DNA of 64,000 nucleotides from Sphaerodactylus townsendi (Eukaryota): NCBI RefSeq assembly GCF_021028975.2, contig NC_059439.1:7626001-7690000 (forward strand), in the 5' to 3' direction. Shown here piece after piece: positions 22,988 to 36,098 of the stretch (its first letter is position 1; every line of letters starts with the position of its first letter). The notes beneath the pieces are model-generated. The model did no database searches, was not told the DNA's origin, and worked only from the letters and a program-made list of their open reading frames with translations. The position numbers were made by a program, and so were the translations under genes.

Positions 22988-23948
22988 AAGCAGTTAAACG
23001 ACAAGGTTCCTCTCACATCTAACACAAGAATCTCTTCTGACAGGAAATGAGACCTGCAGTCACTTCTGAATGTGTCCCTCCTCTCTCCTTGACAAGCCGC
23101 AAACAGCCCTCCACAGCCTGGTCCAGCAGTTAGCTACACTAGGATTTGGGAGACCTGGGTTTGAATCCCCCCTCTGACTTGGAAGCTTGCTGAGTGCCCT
23201 CGAGCCAGTCACATACTTGCCGACTAACCTACCTCACAGGTTGGTTGTTAAAAAGATAAAATGGAAGGAGAACAAAAATGTCCCTTTCAGCTTAATACAC
23301 AGAGACAGGCACATTTTCAATCATGTTTCGGTTGACCTGAGGTAAAGAAACACTACCAAAGAATGAGGAGAAGTAAGACCATTTCACGGTCCTGCAAACC
23401 TGGGGGGAAGGGAGCGTGGGAAGTACAGATCAAGGAACTTTGCAACTGTTCAGGTATGACTGCTGGACAGAAGGCTAGGACTGCTAGAGAACTAGATCCA
23501 GGGAAATTATGGGATGCAAACTGCTCTAACCAGAATGGCGCAGACTAGCTGAATCTTGTTAATTCTCACAAGCTATGCCGGGTCTGCCCTAAGTACCTGA
23601 ATGGGCGACCACAAAGGAAGTCCAGGGTTGTGATGTGGAAGAAGGCAATGGAAGGCCGCCTCTGCTAATTTCTCGGGTTGCAAATAAGTGGAAAGTGCTG
23701 ACGTGACAGCACTTTCCACCCCCCGCCGTGCGGAATGAACCCTGAGCTTGTTTAGTCAGGGGCAGGAGAGGCCTGCACAAATCCAGATACTCTATGGAGG
23801 ATCTGCTGCCATTCTACTACCTTTCTGCCGCTCACAGGCATGATCCCAGTAACTCCAGTAGACATGCTGCTGGGGGAGGGACAACGGCTTCTCACCTCCG
23901 CCCCCGCCAGCCCAGCACAGCCTCACAAAACCTATGGCAGCAACTCAC

Positions 23949-24093
23949 CATCCCGGGACATGCCGACCGCCAGACACTTCTTGAAGCGACACTGCTGGCA
24001 ACGGTTCCGGTTGATGCGCACAATGTTGCACGTCTCGTTCTTCAGGCACTTTTTGTACTGGATGTTCTGCTGGATGCTCCGTCGGAAGAAACC
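23949..24093 (-). CDS. NR1D1: Rev-erb alpha exon 4 (second C4 zinc finger)
   Basis: [48 protein letters not shown]; 145 nt, AG/GT boundaries. Confidence 0.97.
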
Positions 24094-24897
24094 CTGAGGC
24101 AGGGAGGAGAGAGAAGCCCTGTCAAGCCACCTAGCAGCCACGCACGGATCCACAGCACAAGCCAGCCCGCCCTACCCCGAGACCAGCAGCCAAAGGCTGC
24201 AGGCCAGAACCAGAGCTTGCAAAACAGCCTGGTAACCAATCTAGAGGCCTCATGCTGCCTGCCAATCAAAGGGGCCAATCACACCCACTTGTGGCTCTCA
24301 CAGCACGGACCCCCTCGCTCACTCTCTCGCACCCATAGCCTACCCCACAGTGTTGTTGTGAGGATAAAATGGAGGAGAGGCAAACAACATTGTAAAGCAC
24401 TTTTGGGTCCCCGTTAGAGTGAAAAGCAGGGTACAAGTTTAAAAATAAATCCCTATCAGTTCGGAGACAGTATTCCTGGGGTGGTGGCACTCTTACTGGA
24501 AGAATGGCTGAATTTGTATTTGTTTTGCAAAGTACTGGAGTCTCTCTCTCTGGCATGCACTCTTTTTACCAATTATCACCCAGAGGGAAGAGCACCCCAA
24601 TGGATACGATGTGGGTTGCACTTAGATGGAGCTGCCGGGGCCTCAGTCCCTGGGCTGAGAGAGACAGGCAGAAGACTTAGCAATAAGGAAGCAGCAGAAT
24701 GGGGCAGAGCCGACCCAGAGGGCACAGTCTGCCTCACCGAGCCTCTGGAAAGTGAAAGGGACGGAGTGTGCCCTTTTTAGGGCAGCGGACCTTTGTTGAA
24801 ATGAGGCTAGCACTAAAGAACCCTGTGTGAATTAGTGTGGAAGAGAGGATGCTTACAAATGGGTCATACAGCTCACCCGCAGACCTAACCGGCTCAC

Positions 24898-24986
24898 CTT
24901 GCAGCCTTCGCAAGCGTGGACGCCATAGTGGAATCCTGAGGCCACGTCTCCACACACTTTGCACAGTAGGACCATCCCGTTGAGCT
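24898..24986 (-). CDS. NR1D1: Rev-erb alpha exon 3 (first C4 zinc finger)
   Basis: (K)[29 protein letters not shown]; 89 nt, AG/GT boundaries. Confidence 0.97.
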
Positions 24987-25329
24987 CTGAGGGAGGAGAG
25001 GGGAAGAAAGGAGGGTTAGGAGATTTCCTGGCCAAAGACTGGACTCACCCCCAAGGGTGTTTCTTGCCTGTCTTTTCCAAGCAGCAAGCTTTGAGACCAG
25101 CAGAGGAAAACAACCAACGAAGAACTTCAACGGTGTGAAGATAAAACTTGGGGCCCACTGCTGGAACCCACAATTGACAGAGCTATGTTTAGAGATGACC
25201 AGGCCGTGGGCCTTAGTAACAGCTGCCTCTTGAACCCAGCAATTTCATTGAAGTGCAAAGCGAACCACAATTAACGGATCTCCCAATGTGGACCCCACCA
25301 GAGACAAATGTACTATTGACTATTATAAA

Positions 25330-25555
25330 AAGTCTCAAGAAAAATAAGACGCCTGGATTGGACGGGATTCACAGTGAAGTCGCAATACAGTGAGTCAATT
25401 CTGCAGGGACAGGCAGTTATCATCAATAATAATACCAATCCACAAAAAAGGACCTACCAACGATCCTGGAAACTTTCGACCAATTAGCCTCCTGTCCATT
25501 ATTGGGAAGGTTTATACTAAATACCTCGAAAGTAAGTTAAAAACATGGATGACTG
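25330..25555 (+). mobile_element. LINE reverse transcriptase fragment in NR1D1 intron 2
   Basis: PGLDGI...SIIIPIHKKGPTNDPGNFRPISLLSIIGKVY, typical of the non-LTR RT N-terminal region. Confidence 0.8.
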
Positions 25556-25814
25556 AAACAGCTGCCTCTAACCATTAGGACTTCTTGCCCTGTGAATTTA
25601 TATTCAGCTCCTGGCTGCAGGCCTTGCAACATCTGCTAAAAATGTTTCCATTTCAGAAGGTCTTTTCAAATTGGCCCAGTTTTATTTAAACGCTGTTAAA
25701 CATTGTTACTGTTTGGGATGCATCTGAATGTTATCGTTCTAACTTGATTTACAGAGTATAAACCAGGGGTCTGCAACCTGCAGCTCTCCAGCGGGGGAAG
25801 CTGAAGTTGGTGTT

Positions 25815-26020
25815 ATAGTGTTGCCAATTTCAAAATGGGTGGGGCTTGAAGATCTCTCGCTATTACAACTGATCTCCAGACTACAGAAATCATCCCCCCC
25901 CCCCCGCCCTCCCCAGAGAAAATAGCTGTTCTGGAGAATAGACTCTATGGGACTGTACCCTGCTGACTCTCCCTCCCCAAACCTCCAGGTATTTCCTAAC
26001 CCAGATTTGGCAATCCTAGC
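25815..26020. mobile_element. Old DNA-transposon-like fragment (ends ttggcaatccta)
   Basis: Similar sequence recurs at ~47862-48030, ~46940-47052 and ~10350-10470. Confidence 0.55.
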
Positions 26021-26091
26021 TGGTGCTGTGAATCTCACTGCAATATCAGTGCCCTCACCAAAGCTGTGGTGTCTCCCTGCCCATCACTCAC

Positions 26092-26430
26092 TTGTAATAC
26101 TACTGCTGGTGCTTTTGGTAGGGGAAACCCGCCTCCTGTCATCCACGGCCATCTGCAGCCCCACTGGAGAACCTCCAGAGCTGTAAGACGAGGAAGAGGA
26201 GGAGGAGGAAGAAGGAGAGGCATCCTCACGCAGACCAGCTGAGCTACTCCCGTATGGACGTCCAACATCCTGCACCAGAGATCCGGTGGGCGAGGGAGGG
26301 AAGTAACTAGGAAAGGTGGGTTGGGAGGATAGCTGGAAACTGCCGTTGGAGCTATCACTGCCACACAGAGAGACGGGACTCGTTCGACTTGGAGAGGATC
26401 CGTTAGAGCCGATGTAGCTGATCACACCTC
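26092..26430 (-). CDS. NR1D1: Rev-erb alpha exon 2 (Ser-rich A/B domain)
   Basis: GGVISYIGSNGSSPSRTSPVSL...FPSYFPPSPTGS...KSTSSSIT; 339 nt, AG/GT boundaries, phase 1 to 1. Confidence 0.95.
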
Positions 26431-26958
26431 CTGTGTGTGAGAAAGAGAGAGGTTTGTCCTCAAAGCTATTAGTTCTTATTAAAGCTAACTATTGCCCGCA
26501 CATGCTGAGCAAGTGCAAGTATTTGAAAAGATCCTTGCAGAATCTGGGCAAAGCTTCTAGTCCTCAGCAACACAGATAAAATCTCAAAAAAACAAATGAC
26601 ATTCTGAAATTCAAACAAGAGGAGCACCATTCTGAAAACCTTATCATTCGGGAAACTGTAGAAGCCACAAAGGATTGAAGCAGCCCCCTTCCCCAAACAG
26701 TCTGTCCCCGGACCCCCAAAGTGCACAGCCCAGGCCACAATAAACCCACCATGCAAAAGCAACGATAGGATTTGTTTACAAAGGGCCTTCAAACAAAAAA
26801 ATCAGATATCATAAGGTCAATCTATAAACAGAGAAAAGGTGGGGATTTTAATGGTTTTATAATGTCTTATATCATGCATGTTTTATATTGTTTGCTTCCT
26901 TGGTGGTGCCTGTAAAGATGAGAAGCCAAACAACAACAACAACAATAATAACAACAAC

Positions 26959-27750
26959 GAAAAGACCTGGCTGTGGTTAACAACTGGAACTCTGAAAAAG
27001 GAAACTGAATCCCTGATTTTAGCCGCCCAAGAGCAAGCCATTAGAACAAATTCGATCAAGGCCAAAATCAAAAAATCCTCAGATGATGCAAAATGCAGAT
27101 TGTGCAAAGAAGCTGATGAAACTGTAGATCATGTCCTCAGCTGCTGCAAAAAGATTGCCCAGACTGAGTACAAACAGAGACACAACTCAGTGGCCAAGAT
27201 GATCCACTGGAATTTATGCAAGAATTAAAACATAAGAATAGCTAAGAACTGGTGGGAACATTGTCCAGAGAAAGTAATGGAAAATGAGAAGGTCAAGATC
27301 CTGTGGGACTTTCGAAGATCCAAGCAGGACATAGAATGTTGAAACACAATACATCAGCAGACATCACACACCGTGATCGAGGACAAAGAAAGTGACCATC
27401 ATCAACATAGCAGTCCCCAGTGACAGCAGGACATTGAAAAAGAACACGCGAAGGTCACTAGATACATGATTTGAAAATGGAGCTTCAGCGTCCTATGTAA
27501 GGTACAAACCAGCTAAGGTCATCCCAGTGTGTGCAGGGCACGCTGGGTGCCATCCCCAGCAACACTAGGGCAGCACTTGAAACATCTTCGAATTGACAAA
27601 ATTAACATCTGTCAAATTCAGAAGGCAGCCCTGCTGGGATCCACATGAATACTACGCCGATACATTACAACTTCCTAGGCCTCTGGGTGAGACTGGAATT
27701 GTAATGAAGGCCAACAACCAGCTAAAGATCTGGCAGCTGTGAAATCTACA
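26959..27750 (+). mobile_element. 5'-truncated R4/Dong-like LINE (CCHC plus restriction-like endonuclease end) in NR1D1 intron 1
   Basis: TWLWL..GTLKKETESLILAAQEQAIRT..CRLC...ETVDHVLSCC...YKQRHNSVAKMIHWNLC; ILWDF; flanked by (AAC/AAT)n on both sides. Confidence 0.85.
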
Positions 27751-29461
27751 ACAACAACAATAATAATAATAGTGATGATGATGATATTTATGGTGTTGCT
27801 ACATACATTTCTGGTTGTCCTGTCCAAAGCAGGGAGTCACACAGTGCAGAAAGGTAATGTTATTATTTATGCACTGGGTGCTGTATCAGAACTCGATTAG
27901 AAGCAGCAGGTCCTGCTTCCAACCAAACTGGGACACAAGAAGGTGCTTAGGGCTTGGGAGTCAGGGCTGACAAAATTAGCCAGGGCTTGGAATAGCTTCC
28001 TTGTGTAGAAATTAGATATTTTCCCGTTTGTGGGGTGGGGGAGAACATGATAGTGGGTTATAAAATTGTGAACACAGTGGACAGAAATAAGTTTTTCTCC
28101 ATCGCTTACATCAGTGAGAACACGTGAAAAGGAAGCAGCTGAGCTCTGATTTAAGGAAGCAAGTCGAGCTGAAGTCTTTCTGACTTGGCAAAGATAGACC
28201 TCGAAGAGCCAACTGACTTAGAGCAAAACACCTCCCCCTGTTCCCCCCCCCCCCCGGTCCGAGTCACTCAAGGCAGAAATGGAACCACTGACTCATACAC
28301 AATTCATGAGCTAAAGAACTACCTTACTAGATCTGAAGAAAGGCCTGATGCATACGGCTTCAGTTTCACAAGCAAGGCAACAAAAATAATTTATAATACT
28401 CATTTTGTATTTAGAGATATACTGTCTCTGTATATGGAGGTTCTCTCAGCTAACATGACAGATAACCACATATTAAGCAATCCCTTGCCCCTGGTTTAAA
28501 CAGATCCCCCCAAAAGACTTTACTCACCCTCCCACCCATTCCCCGGGCCTATTTTTTTCCCATATGATTCTCGCTGTGTTCCAGAGGCGGCTGCTTGAGT
28601 GAACACCCAACCCCTCCAAACAAGCAGTTATTATTATGCCTACTTATCAGCAAAACTGCAGAAAACAAAGCAATGAGGCAGCTGGCCACATCTTTGGGAA
28701 CATCTAATTGTATTTCTTTGACTGTGGTTGCAAGCTCTGGATGCATCCTGCCAAATTTCTCCTCTTCCTCTCTTTCTCCTTTCAACTGCTGACCTAGTCT
28801 CCAGGCCGGGGAAGGAGGTCAAGTACGAAAAACCCTGAAGGGAGCAAGAGCTAGCAAGATGATAGTTGAAAAATGGATGGAAGCCAAAGAAATCATCAGA
28901 CCTCAGGAAATAAAGGCAGCGAGGCCGATTCAGCTGGGCCCGGCGGATGTAGCCCATCCCGGAGATTTACAAAAACTCCAGACTTTGTCACTGGGCCATC
29001 TGCCAAACGGCCAGCGCAGCAGGCGAGGCCTCCAGTGGAGCAAAAACAAAGAAATCCTTGCCAAGGGGATTATAAACAAGGTCACGTGTCAGAGCCACAC
29101 TCAATGCCCAGCCAACCCCATCACAAGCAAAAATCTTGGCCGCAGCTTGCGGGTTTGTATTGCTATTGGCTGGCTCTGGCCCCTCGGGACCTTCCTTGCC
29201 TATGGCCCAAGTACTGTTCACTCAGCGGGTACCGGACAAAAGAGGCTCACATGTTGCTAAAACAGCAAGCCAGGGGCTGCCTGGTATTCCTGCAGGCATT
29301 CCCAGCAGCCAAGACTATGCAGGCAGAAAACCAGTGCATTGGACTAGAACTGGGGAGGACTGAGTTCGAATTCCCACTTGCAATGAGAACTCACTGAGTG
29401 ATTTGGAGCCAGTCACTCTCTCAGCTTGACCGACCTTTCAGGAGAACAAAAAGAAGAGAGA

Positions 29462-29758
29462 AGAAGAGTTTGAGTTTATACCCTGCTTTTTTCAACCGTA
29501 AAGAGTCTCAAAGTGGCTTACTAACTCCTTTTCCTTCCTTTCCCCACAACAGACACTTTGTGAGACAGGTGGGGCTGAGAGAATTCCAAAAAACTGTGAC
29601 TGGCCGCAGGTCACTCAGCAGGCTTCATGCGTAGGAGCAGGGAAATAAATTTAGTTCACCAAATAAGAGTTCGCTGCTCATGTGGGGGAGTGGGGACTCA
29701 AACCCGGTTCTTCAGATTAGAGGCCCCCTGCTCTTAGCCACGACACCATGCTGGCTCT
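29462..29758 (-). mobile_element. tRNA-derived squamate SINE (Squam3-like)
   Basis: Head agagccagcatggtgtcgtggctaagagc, B box ggtttgagtcccc, tail ataaactcaaactcttctt. Confidence 0.8.
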
Positions 29759-30700
29759 GAGAAAGAAAGAGAGGAGAGCCCTGTACACTACTATCCAGAG
29801 CACCATGGAGGAGAGGCACAATAAATATATGCTATATATGTACTATAAGTAACCTCACTCTCATTCTAATCCCATACCCATCACTGTTTTCTAAAACAGC
29901 CAGCAGCATAAAAAGCAAAGGGACAACCACCCAAGACAAGCCCAAGACATTCTGACATCCACGGAGATCCCACAACATCTCTTGTTTTGAAAAAGGGAAG
30001 AATGAGCTTAAAGCAATTTCTAATCTGACATCATTTAATAGCACCTCCTGAGTAGCTCCCCCTCCTCCCAGAACCAGAGGCAAAGTGGAGATCAGGATCC
30101 TCCGAGGAAAAAAAACAGCTTGTCTCTCTCAGTTCTATCTGGGTCCCCCCACCTGAGTGCTGCTTCTCCTTCCTCAGAACAAGGGTTTGGAACAAGCTCT
30201 GCTCCTTCCTCCCAGCAGCTCCCAGAGCCCCTACTCAGTCGGCTTTCCAGTTTGTGCATCATACTATGGGGTGACAGTCTACGTGGGCACAAGGGTTCAC
30301 TGCACTGGAGGATCTCAACTATGTCAAGTGAGGAAAACCAGTGGAATCTTCTCTTTATAGATCCTATACGAGAGTTGGGGAGGTTGACTGGGATTTTAAA
30401 TATGGTCAGCTGGACACACAGACGAGATGAGAGATGTGCTACCCGTGAACCCACAACTCTATAGTCAACACCATTCTTCTGCACGTAGCAAGTCCATCAA
30501 AGTCCATAGCAAGTTCCATCAAAGATCGAGTAAATATAGTGTTTGATGGGGCAGAGGTAGGTGCCATCACTGGGGTCAGAAACACAGATGAAAATCCAGC
30601 CATTCATCTCAAGGTCTCTCAATGAGTCTTCTTGAATCTAGGACGGTGCCTTACTCAGAAGCTGGCCCTTGGTCTCCCACGATCAGCACTGTGTATTGAC

Positions 30701-30787
30701 CAGGGGTCTGCAACGTGTGGCTCCCCAGATGTTCATGGACTACAAATCCCATCAGCCCCTGCCAGCATGGCCAGTTGGCAGGGGCAG
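30701..30787. mobile_element. Palindromic hAT-type MITE, partial
   Basis: caggggtctgcaac...ggactacaaatcccatcagcccctgccagcatggcc. Confidence 0.75.
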
Positions 30788-31539
30788 TAACTCTCCAGAG
30801 TCTCAGACAGAAGTCCCTCCCATGATCTTCCACCTGACATTTCCCTTTGGGGATGGTGGGGATTGAACTTGAGATCTTCTACATGCCAAGGCGATGTTCA
30901 GCCACTCAGCCCCCAGCTTCTTCTTTCAGGGAAGGCAGTCGACACAGGAGCATCTGTGCCCCGGGCTCGTGCTGAACACCGTCTGAGCTCTTGAAAAAGG
31001 AAGCTCTTGGACAGTCCTGCAATTAAGAAAAGCGTCTCCAGCAAAGAAGACGCGGGATGTCAAGAGCCAGCAGGGGTTGGCGAGGACCGGGGAGGCCAAG
31101 TTCAAATCCCCCCTTGCCATAAAGCAAACTGCACAGCCCTGAGCCAATCACTCTCTCCCAGCCGGGGCTACCCAACAGGGCTGTTGGGAGGACAAAATGG
31201 AACAAGGGACATCTTTGTATTCTACCTTGAGCTCCCTGGAGGAAGGCGAGAAGCAAAATACACTGAATTAATAAACCTCGCTCTAATCTCTCGCCAATCG
31301 GACATCTAGTGCATATACCGTAGATGGGAGAGGACAGCGCTTGTGTATTTCAACATAACATACATCATGCAACCGTGCATCAGTCTTTTCCTCCATGTGA
31401 CAAATGGGGAAAACCAAAGGGCGCGCAGACTCTTTGGTTTGAGATCAGGATCACTTGGGCTGGAGACTTGGGGGCCAGCCAAGTCTTTGGCTTGTTCAGT
31501 GAGGTGTGACTGTTCCCATCTGGCCTTTGAACGTGGCCC

Positions 31540-32050
31540 TCACACGTGAACATGTTAGTAATCCCTTTGGCTCCAAGGGTTTTGTTTTCGTTTCCGGCAC
31601 AGCCTCCGGCTCCTCTTGAATAACCACTTTGCAACTTGGCAATTTTCTCTTGCTCTCTCTCCTCTTGGCGGCTGCAGAGCCTGGGTTTGGAAATCGAGAC
31701 AGGCTGGGTGCAAAGGGCGGCGCATAGGGAATCCCAGCAGAGGAAGAGCTGTGCATTTGACAGTCTCCCTCCCAGCCTGCAAAGTTGGACGGGTAATTAA
31801 ATGTGGAATGCACTGGGAAGGAGACTTCCTCAAACGAGTCACGGAAAATCAATTCAGGTCATAAGAGGGCACCGGAGCAGGTAGAGGTGCGGGCAGACCG
31901 AGTTGGAGACCTTCCAAAGGGGCGTGCAGAAGGCAAAGGTGTGTCTCACCTGTCCTTTGGCCATCTGTATCACCAGGTTTTTGTTTCCTAGAGACAAGGA
32001 CGCAAAGACTTCTGGACTCACGTGTAGAATCCTGAACCACACGTGGCCTT
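31540..32050. promoter_or_regulatory. Second intronic E-box cluster (CACGTG at 31543, 32019, 32040)
   Basis: Three canonical E-boxes in ~500 bp of non-repeat intron-1 sequence. Confidence 0.55.
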
Positions 32051-32374
32051 TGTCACAGAGGTACATGCTTCTTGGTTGCTCACTCCACAACGGAGACAAG
32101 CGGACATGGCAAAGACTACCAAGGGAAACAGCAGCAGACAGTGCAAAAGTCAAATAATCCCTCATGGTCAATTCTCATCGTGGGCGGCCAGGTTGGGATG
32201 AAGACAGCAGTTCCTCTGCTAGTGAGCAGGGAGAAGTTTAACCCAACCTAGATCTCCCACCCCCACAAAAGATCCCACGGCATTCTACCAGTTTATACCT
32301 ACTTTTTTGCAGAAATAATCAAATTAGCAGAAAAAAGCATCATCAAGCAGACCCCTGAATCAACTTCTTGAAAG

Positions 32375-32900
32375 ACAGTGTGGTTTAGCAGTTAGAGTTT
32401 GATTATAATCCAGGAAACCTGGGTTCAAATCCCCACTCTGCCATGTAAATCTGCTGGTAATGGCAGGGCCAGCCATTTTGGTCCATTCGCACACGCTCAG
32501 CCTAACCTGCCTTACAGGACTGTTGTAAGTATCAAACAGGGGGGAGGAGGCAGATATAAACAGCTTCAGACCCCCTCTGGAAAGAAAGGCAGGGTATAAA
32601 TGAAGTAAATACACATGATAGCACCAATGTGGTGTAGTGGTTAAAAGCAGGTGCAATCTAATCCGGGGAACTGAATTCGATTCCCCACTCCTCCACATGA
32701 GCAGTGGACTCTTATCTGGTGAACTGGATGTGCTTCCCCGGTCCTACACAAGAAGTCTACTGGGTGACCTTGGGCCAGCCCTACCAGCCCTCTCTCAGCC
32801 CTCCCGACCTTCACAAGGTGTCTGTTGTGGGGACAGGAAGGGTAAAGGAGAGTCTCCTTACAGCAAAGAAAGGAGGAGTATAAATGCAAACACTTCTTCA
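32375..32900 (+). mobile_element. Two tandem tRNA-derived SINEs (older copy 32375-32600; Squam3-like copy 32620-32900)
   Basis: A and B boxes (tggtgtagtgg, gttcaaatcccc / attcgattcccc) and gtataaat tails. Confidence 0.75.
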
Positions 32901-34484
32901 ATCTTTGCTAACATGAGCCTTCCTAAAGATCCTTCCTAAAGATGACACAAATTGTGCTCAGAAAAGAAATAAAATCCTAAGCGATCAAAAAAACCAAGCC
33001 CCCTCCGCTGCCCCCCGGCTGCCATCAGACCTACATTCCCAGTGAGCCAGGCTGAACGGGAAAAACCCTGAACCAGCAAAAACCCAGGACTCTGGAACAC
33101 GCGCAGCGTTCAACCCAGGCCTTGACATGGGAGGCTAGTCCCAGGAACCTGGTGTCCCGGATCACAGCAACGGAAAGATCCCACCACAGAAGACTCTGCC
33201 CTCATCTGCCTCAGCTCCCAGATGTGCTGGTCTCACAGTGACTTTCACTGAAGCATCTGCTCCAGTTTTTATACTGCCCTTGGAATAGACGAATGCCTTT
33301 CATGCAATTGTAATTCAGTACTATATTATTCCTTTCACCTCAGCGTTAGCCATTAAAAATTTGTATCCCTCAACAAAAAAATAAAACCACAGAAACGTAT
33401 GTTCACAGTTATAGATCCATGAAAAAGAGAGGCCAAAGATAACTGCATTTGGGTTGGCTACTCTTTAAAATGCAAGGTGTAAACTTTTGGATAACACAGC
33501 ATTCTTCCTGAACCTCAAACGAGTCCAGCATAAAAGTAAAACTTGCTTCCAAAATTTTAAAATAACAATTGCACCAATAAGTGTTGTTAAAAAATATTTT
33601 CTTCCATTGTTTTCTATACAAGAGTGTTTATGGGTCCATTTTGGTGAGACACTTTGTACATGCTCAGGGACAGTATTCTTAATTGTTTTAACCGCTTCCA
33701 TCAGAGACAAACATACCAGCTCAGCAACACTGTAATAGATTAAGGCTTAATAACTTTAAATAAAGACAAAACAGGATCTTTATCGGTCCTCTTATTTTGC
33801 CACCACTGTCTTATCTTACCACCTATCTGAATTTTAACACCAATACAACAACCAAAAAAAAGTCTACAAATATTCAGAGAGACTTTGTCCGTGCAGCTTT
33901 CTCTCTTCCCCAGACCCTGCGTTTTCTCTTCTCTTTGGTGAAAAGCCATCCATGTTCAAGAGGTACAACATTACTAAGTAGGCTAATATCACACAAACAA
34001 AAGCACTCTGAACACTCTCAGAGGCATTTCCCCTGCTTCAGCCTCTCCCTGTACAAAAAAATCCCCACCCCGTCCAGCATGTCCCTTGGGAGAAAGCCAT
34101 TCTGTCAGATTTTCCACATTAATTGGAGCAGGAAATTGGCTTTTTTTGGCACTGACAGGATCTGAGAGAATGTTTAGAATGACCACCTCCGAAGGGACAT
34201 GCAATAGTAGAAGGGTTTTTGTAGAGGCCAAAGTCTCTGAGCATGTGCAAAGTGATTTTGTTTTAAGTCCCCACTGTGATACAGGAGACCAGATGCAAAG
34301 GCTTCTGAGTCACCTCCCCACCAATTCTCGTATCAAAGGAGGAACATCACTGGTCTGCCAGGGATTGGGAAACGCGGGTCTACCCCCGAAGCACAGGGTC
34401 TTTGTGGGGAAGGGGTTAGCGGTACAATGTCTCAAGGCATGTACAGAGCGCCCTTGACAGCCTACATTGAGGTCCTAAAGCGAC

Positions 34485-34850
34485 TGACCTACTTTGCTCG
34501 ACCCCCCTCCCTGCTGGGATCCCCCCGCCTGGATTCGCTCGGCCATGTGTCCCGCCCGCACGTGGCCCCCTCCTTCCCCCAGCTCCGCCCCTTCACGCTT
34601 TGCACCGCCCTGCCGCTCCCGATTGGTGCACGTCCTAAACCGCCCTTGTCAAGGGCCGGCCTCTGTCTAAGCTCCGCCCCTAACGGGAGGCCTCGGAACG
34701 TTCGCTCATCCCTGGCGGTGACGTCGCCGGGCGGAGGGCGAGCCCGATGATGTAATGGAAGGCGGGGACGTCCAATGAGAGGCGGGGGGCGGGGCCAGTA
34801 GGGAAAACAAACCTTGCACGTGGCTGAGACAGTCAGTGGGACACGTGAGG
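34485..34850. promoter_or_regulatory. Intron-1 clock module / probable alternative (P2-like) promoter of NR1D1
   Basis: RORE AAAGTAGGTCA (minus, 34485-34495); CACGTG at 34559, 34817 and 34842; D-box-like TGATGTAAT at 34748; CCAAT boxes at 34622 and 34772; CRE-like TGACGTCG at 34719; several GC boxes. Confidence 0.75.
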
Positions 34851-35606
34851 GGCTCCGGGGGAGACGCTGCACGGGGGGAATCCCAGGGAAGGGGGCACCT
34901 CAAGAGAGGACGGAGGAATCCCGCAAGCCCATCAAGGCAGCGGGGGAGGGGGGGAGCCCAAGAGGCACGATCCCTAGCCCAAGAACCCAGCCGCTACCAG
35001 ATCCTGATCCCAAGACTTCTGCAGAGAAAATCCCCCCCCCGCAAAAAAACTGCATGAGTACCAAGACCACAATACCCCCCGCAAATGACTACCCTTCCCT
35101 GCCACCCATTAATGGCAGGGCGGGGATGGGCAGCTGACATGGGCGGGGGCCGGACTCCCCCGGAGGGAGAGTCAAAGGGGACCCCATTTCCTGACACTAA
35201 CCCCTTCCCAGGGCTCCGGCCCGGGAAACTAGAAAGATCGCCTGGCTCGCCTGGCTTCATAGGTTTGGGGCAGACAAAGGATCTCTGCACACGCTCAGAG
35301 GCCTCTGCGTCTCCCAATGTCAAGTCTCTTTCCCCCGGTTCGAGGGGAAACCAGCAGCCCTTGGGGACTGGGGCGAGGCTGACAGGCAGTCCCCCGAGAC
35401 GCGCGGAGGGTGGCTGGGCTGCCTGGCCCCCTTGGACCCCAGCAAGAAGAAGCGGGCAGGGAGGTCCCCCCACCCCGGACCCTTTCCCTGCGAAAGGGAC
35501 GGCGCGCGATCCTGGCACCGGAGCAGAAGGGGAGAGGCGATATCGGGCTCCGCTGCCGCCCCAAACAAGCCCAGAGCTGCCTTCGCCGGTCTCCTGCCGG
35601 GCTCAC

Positions 35607-35643
35607 CTGGGGCGTTGTTGTTGTTGGTGTCCACGGCGGCCAT
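35607..35643 (-). CDS. NR1D1: Rev-erb alpha exon 1 coding part (MAAVDTNNNNAP-G)
   Basis: ATG in a strong Kozak context (aggATGg), donor CAG|GTGAGC, phase 1 matches exon 2. Similar to the mammalian MTTLDSNNNTG start. The summed CDS is 1809 nt, divisible by 3. Confidence 0.9.
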
Positions 35644-36049
35644 CCTGCTCAGGAGGAAGGAGCAGCTGTCATCCGCGGCCGGCGAGGCTGCCGGCTGGGT
35701 CTGGGCGCTGAAGTGCTCCGCTCCGGCGAGCAGAGAGGCCGGGGCAGCGAAACCCGAAGTCCGGCTGGGCAGAACCGAGAGCCGCTCCTTGCTGCAGCAG
35801 AGCCGGTGCGGAGAAATTCGGGCAGGCGGCTCTGAAGGGCTTTTGCAGCCGAAGCAGGAACGGACGGCGTCTCACTGAGGGAGTCCCCGGTCGATCGGCT
35901 GGAGCCACTGGCTGCTAGTCCGTCTGCTGGCCTGCGAGTTGCAACTCTGCCAGGTCTCCCGGGCTCCGGGCTGCTCTCCGCCCGCAGCTGCGCAGATGTC
36001 CGCACGCGGCACTGGAGCCTCCCCCATGTGACTCCCGGGGAGAGCCTCG

Positions 36050-36068
36050 TGCCCCAGTGACACACTTT
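36050..36068 (-). promoter_or_regulatory. RevDR2 autoregulatory element of the NR1D1 promoter (AAAGT GTGTCA CT GGGGCA)
   Basis: The minus strand reads aaagtgtgtcactggggca, the DR2 site known from the mammalian NR1D1 promoter. It is flanked by CATGTG/CACATG non-canonical E-boxes at 36025-36030 and 36078-36083. Confidence 0.9.
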
Positions 36069-36098
36069 CGGCAGCCGCACATGGCGCGGCGGCGCGGA

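Noticed and set aside
27300-27560. Dense small indels in the R4/Dong copy (similar noise at ~53550-53700)
   Set aside because: The pattern relative to the cleaner copy at 63451-63870 looks like local consensus error or ordinary decay, not biology.
33350-33850. AT-rich segment with possible Penelope/hammerhead-like fragments (also ~37490-37600)
   Set aside because: I could not assemble both core boxes and stems convincingly by eye.
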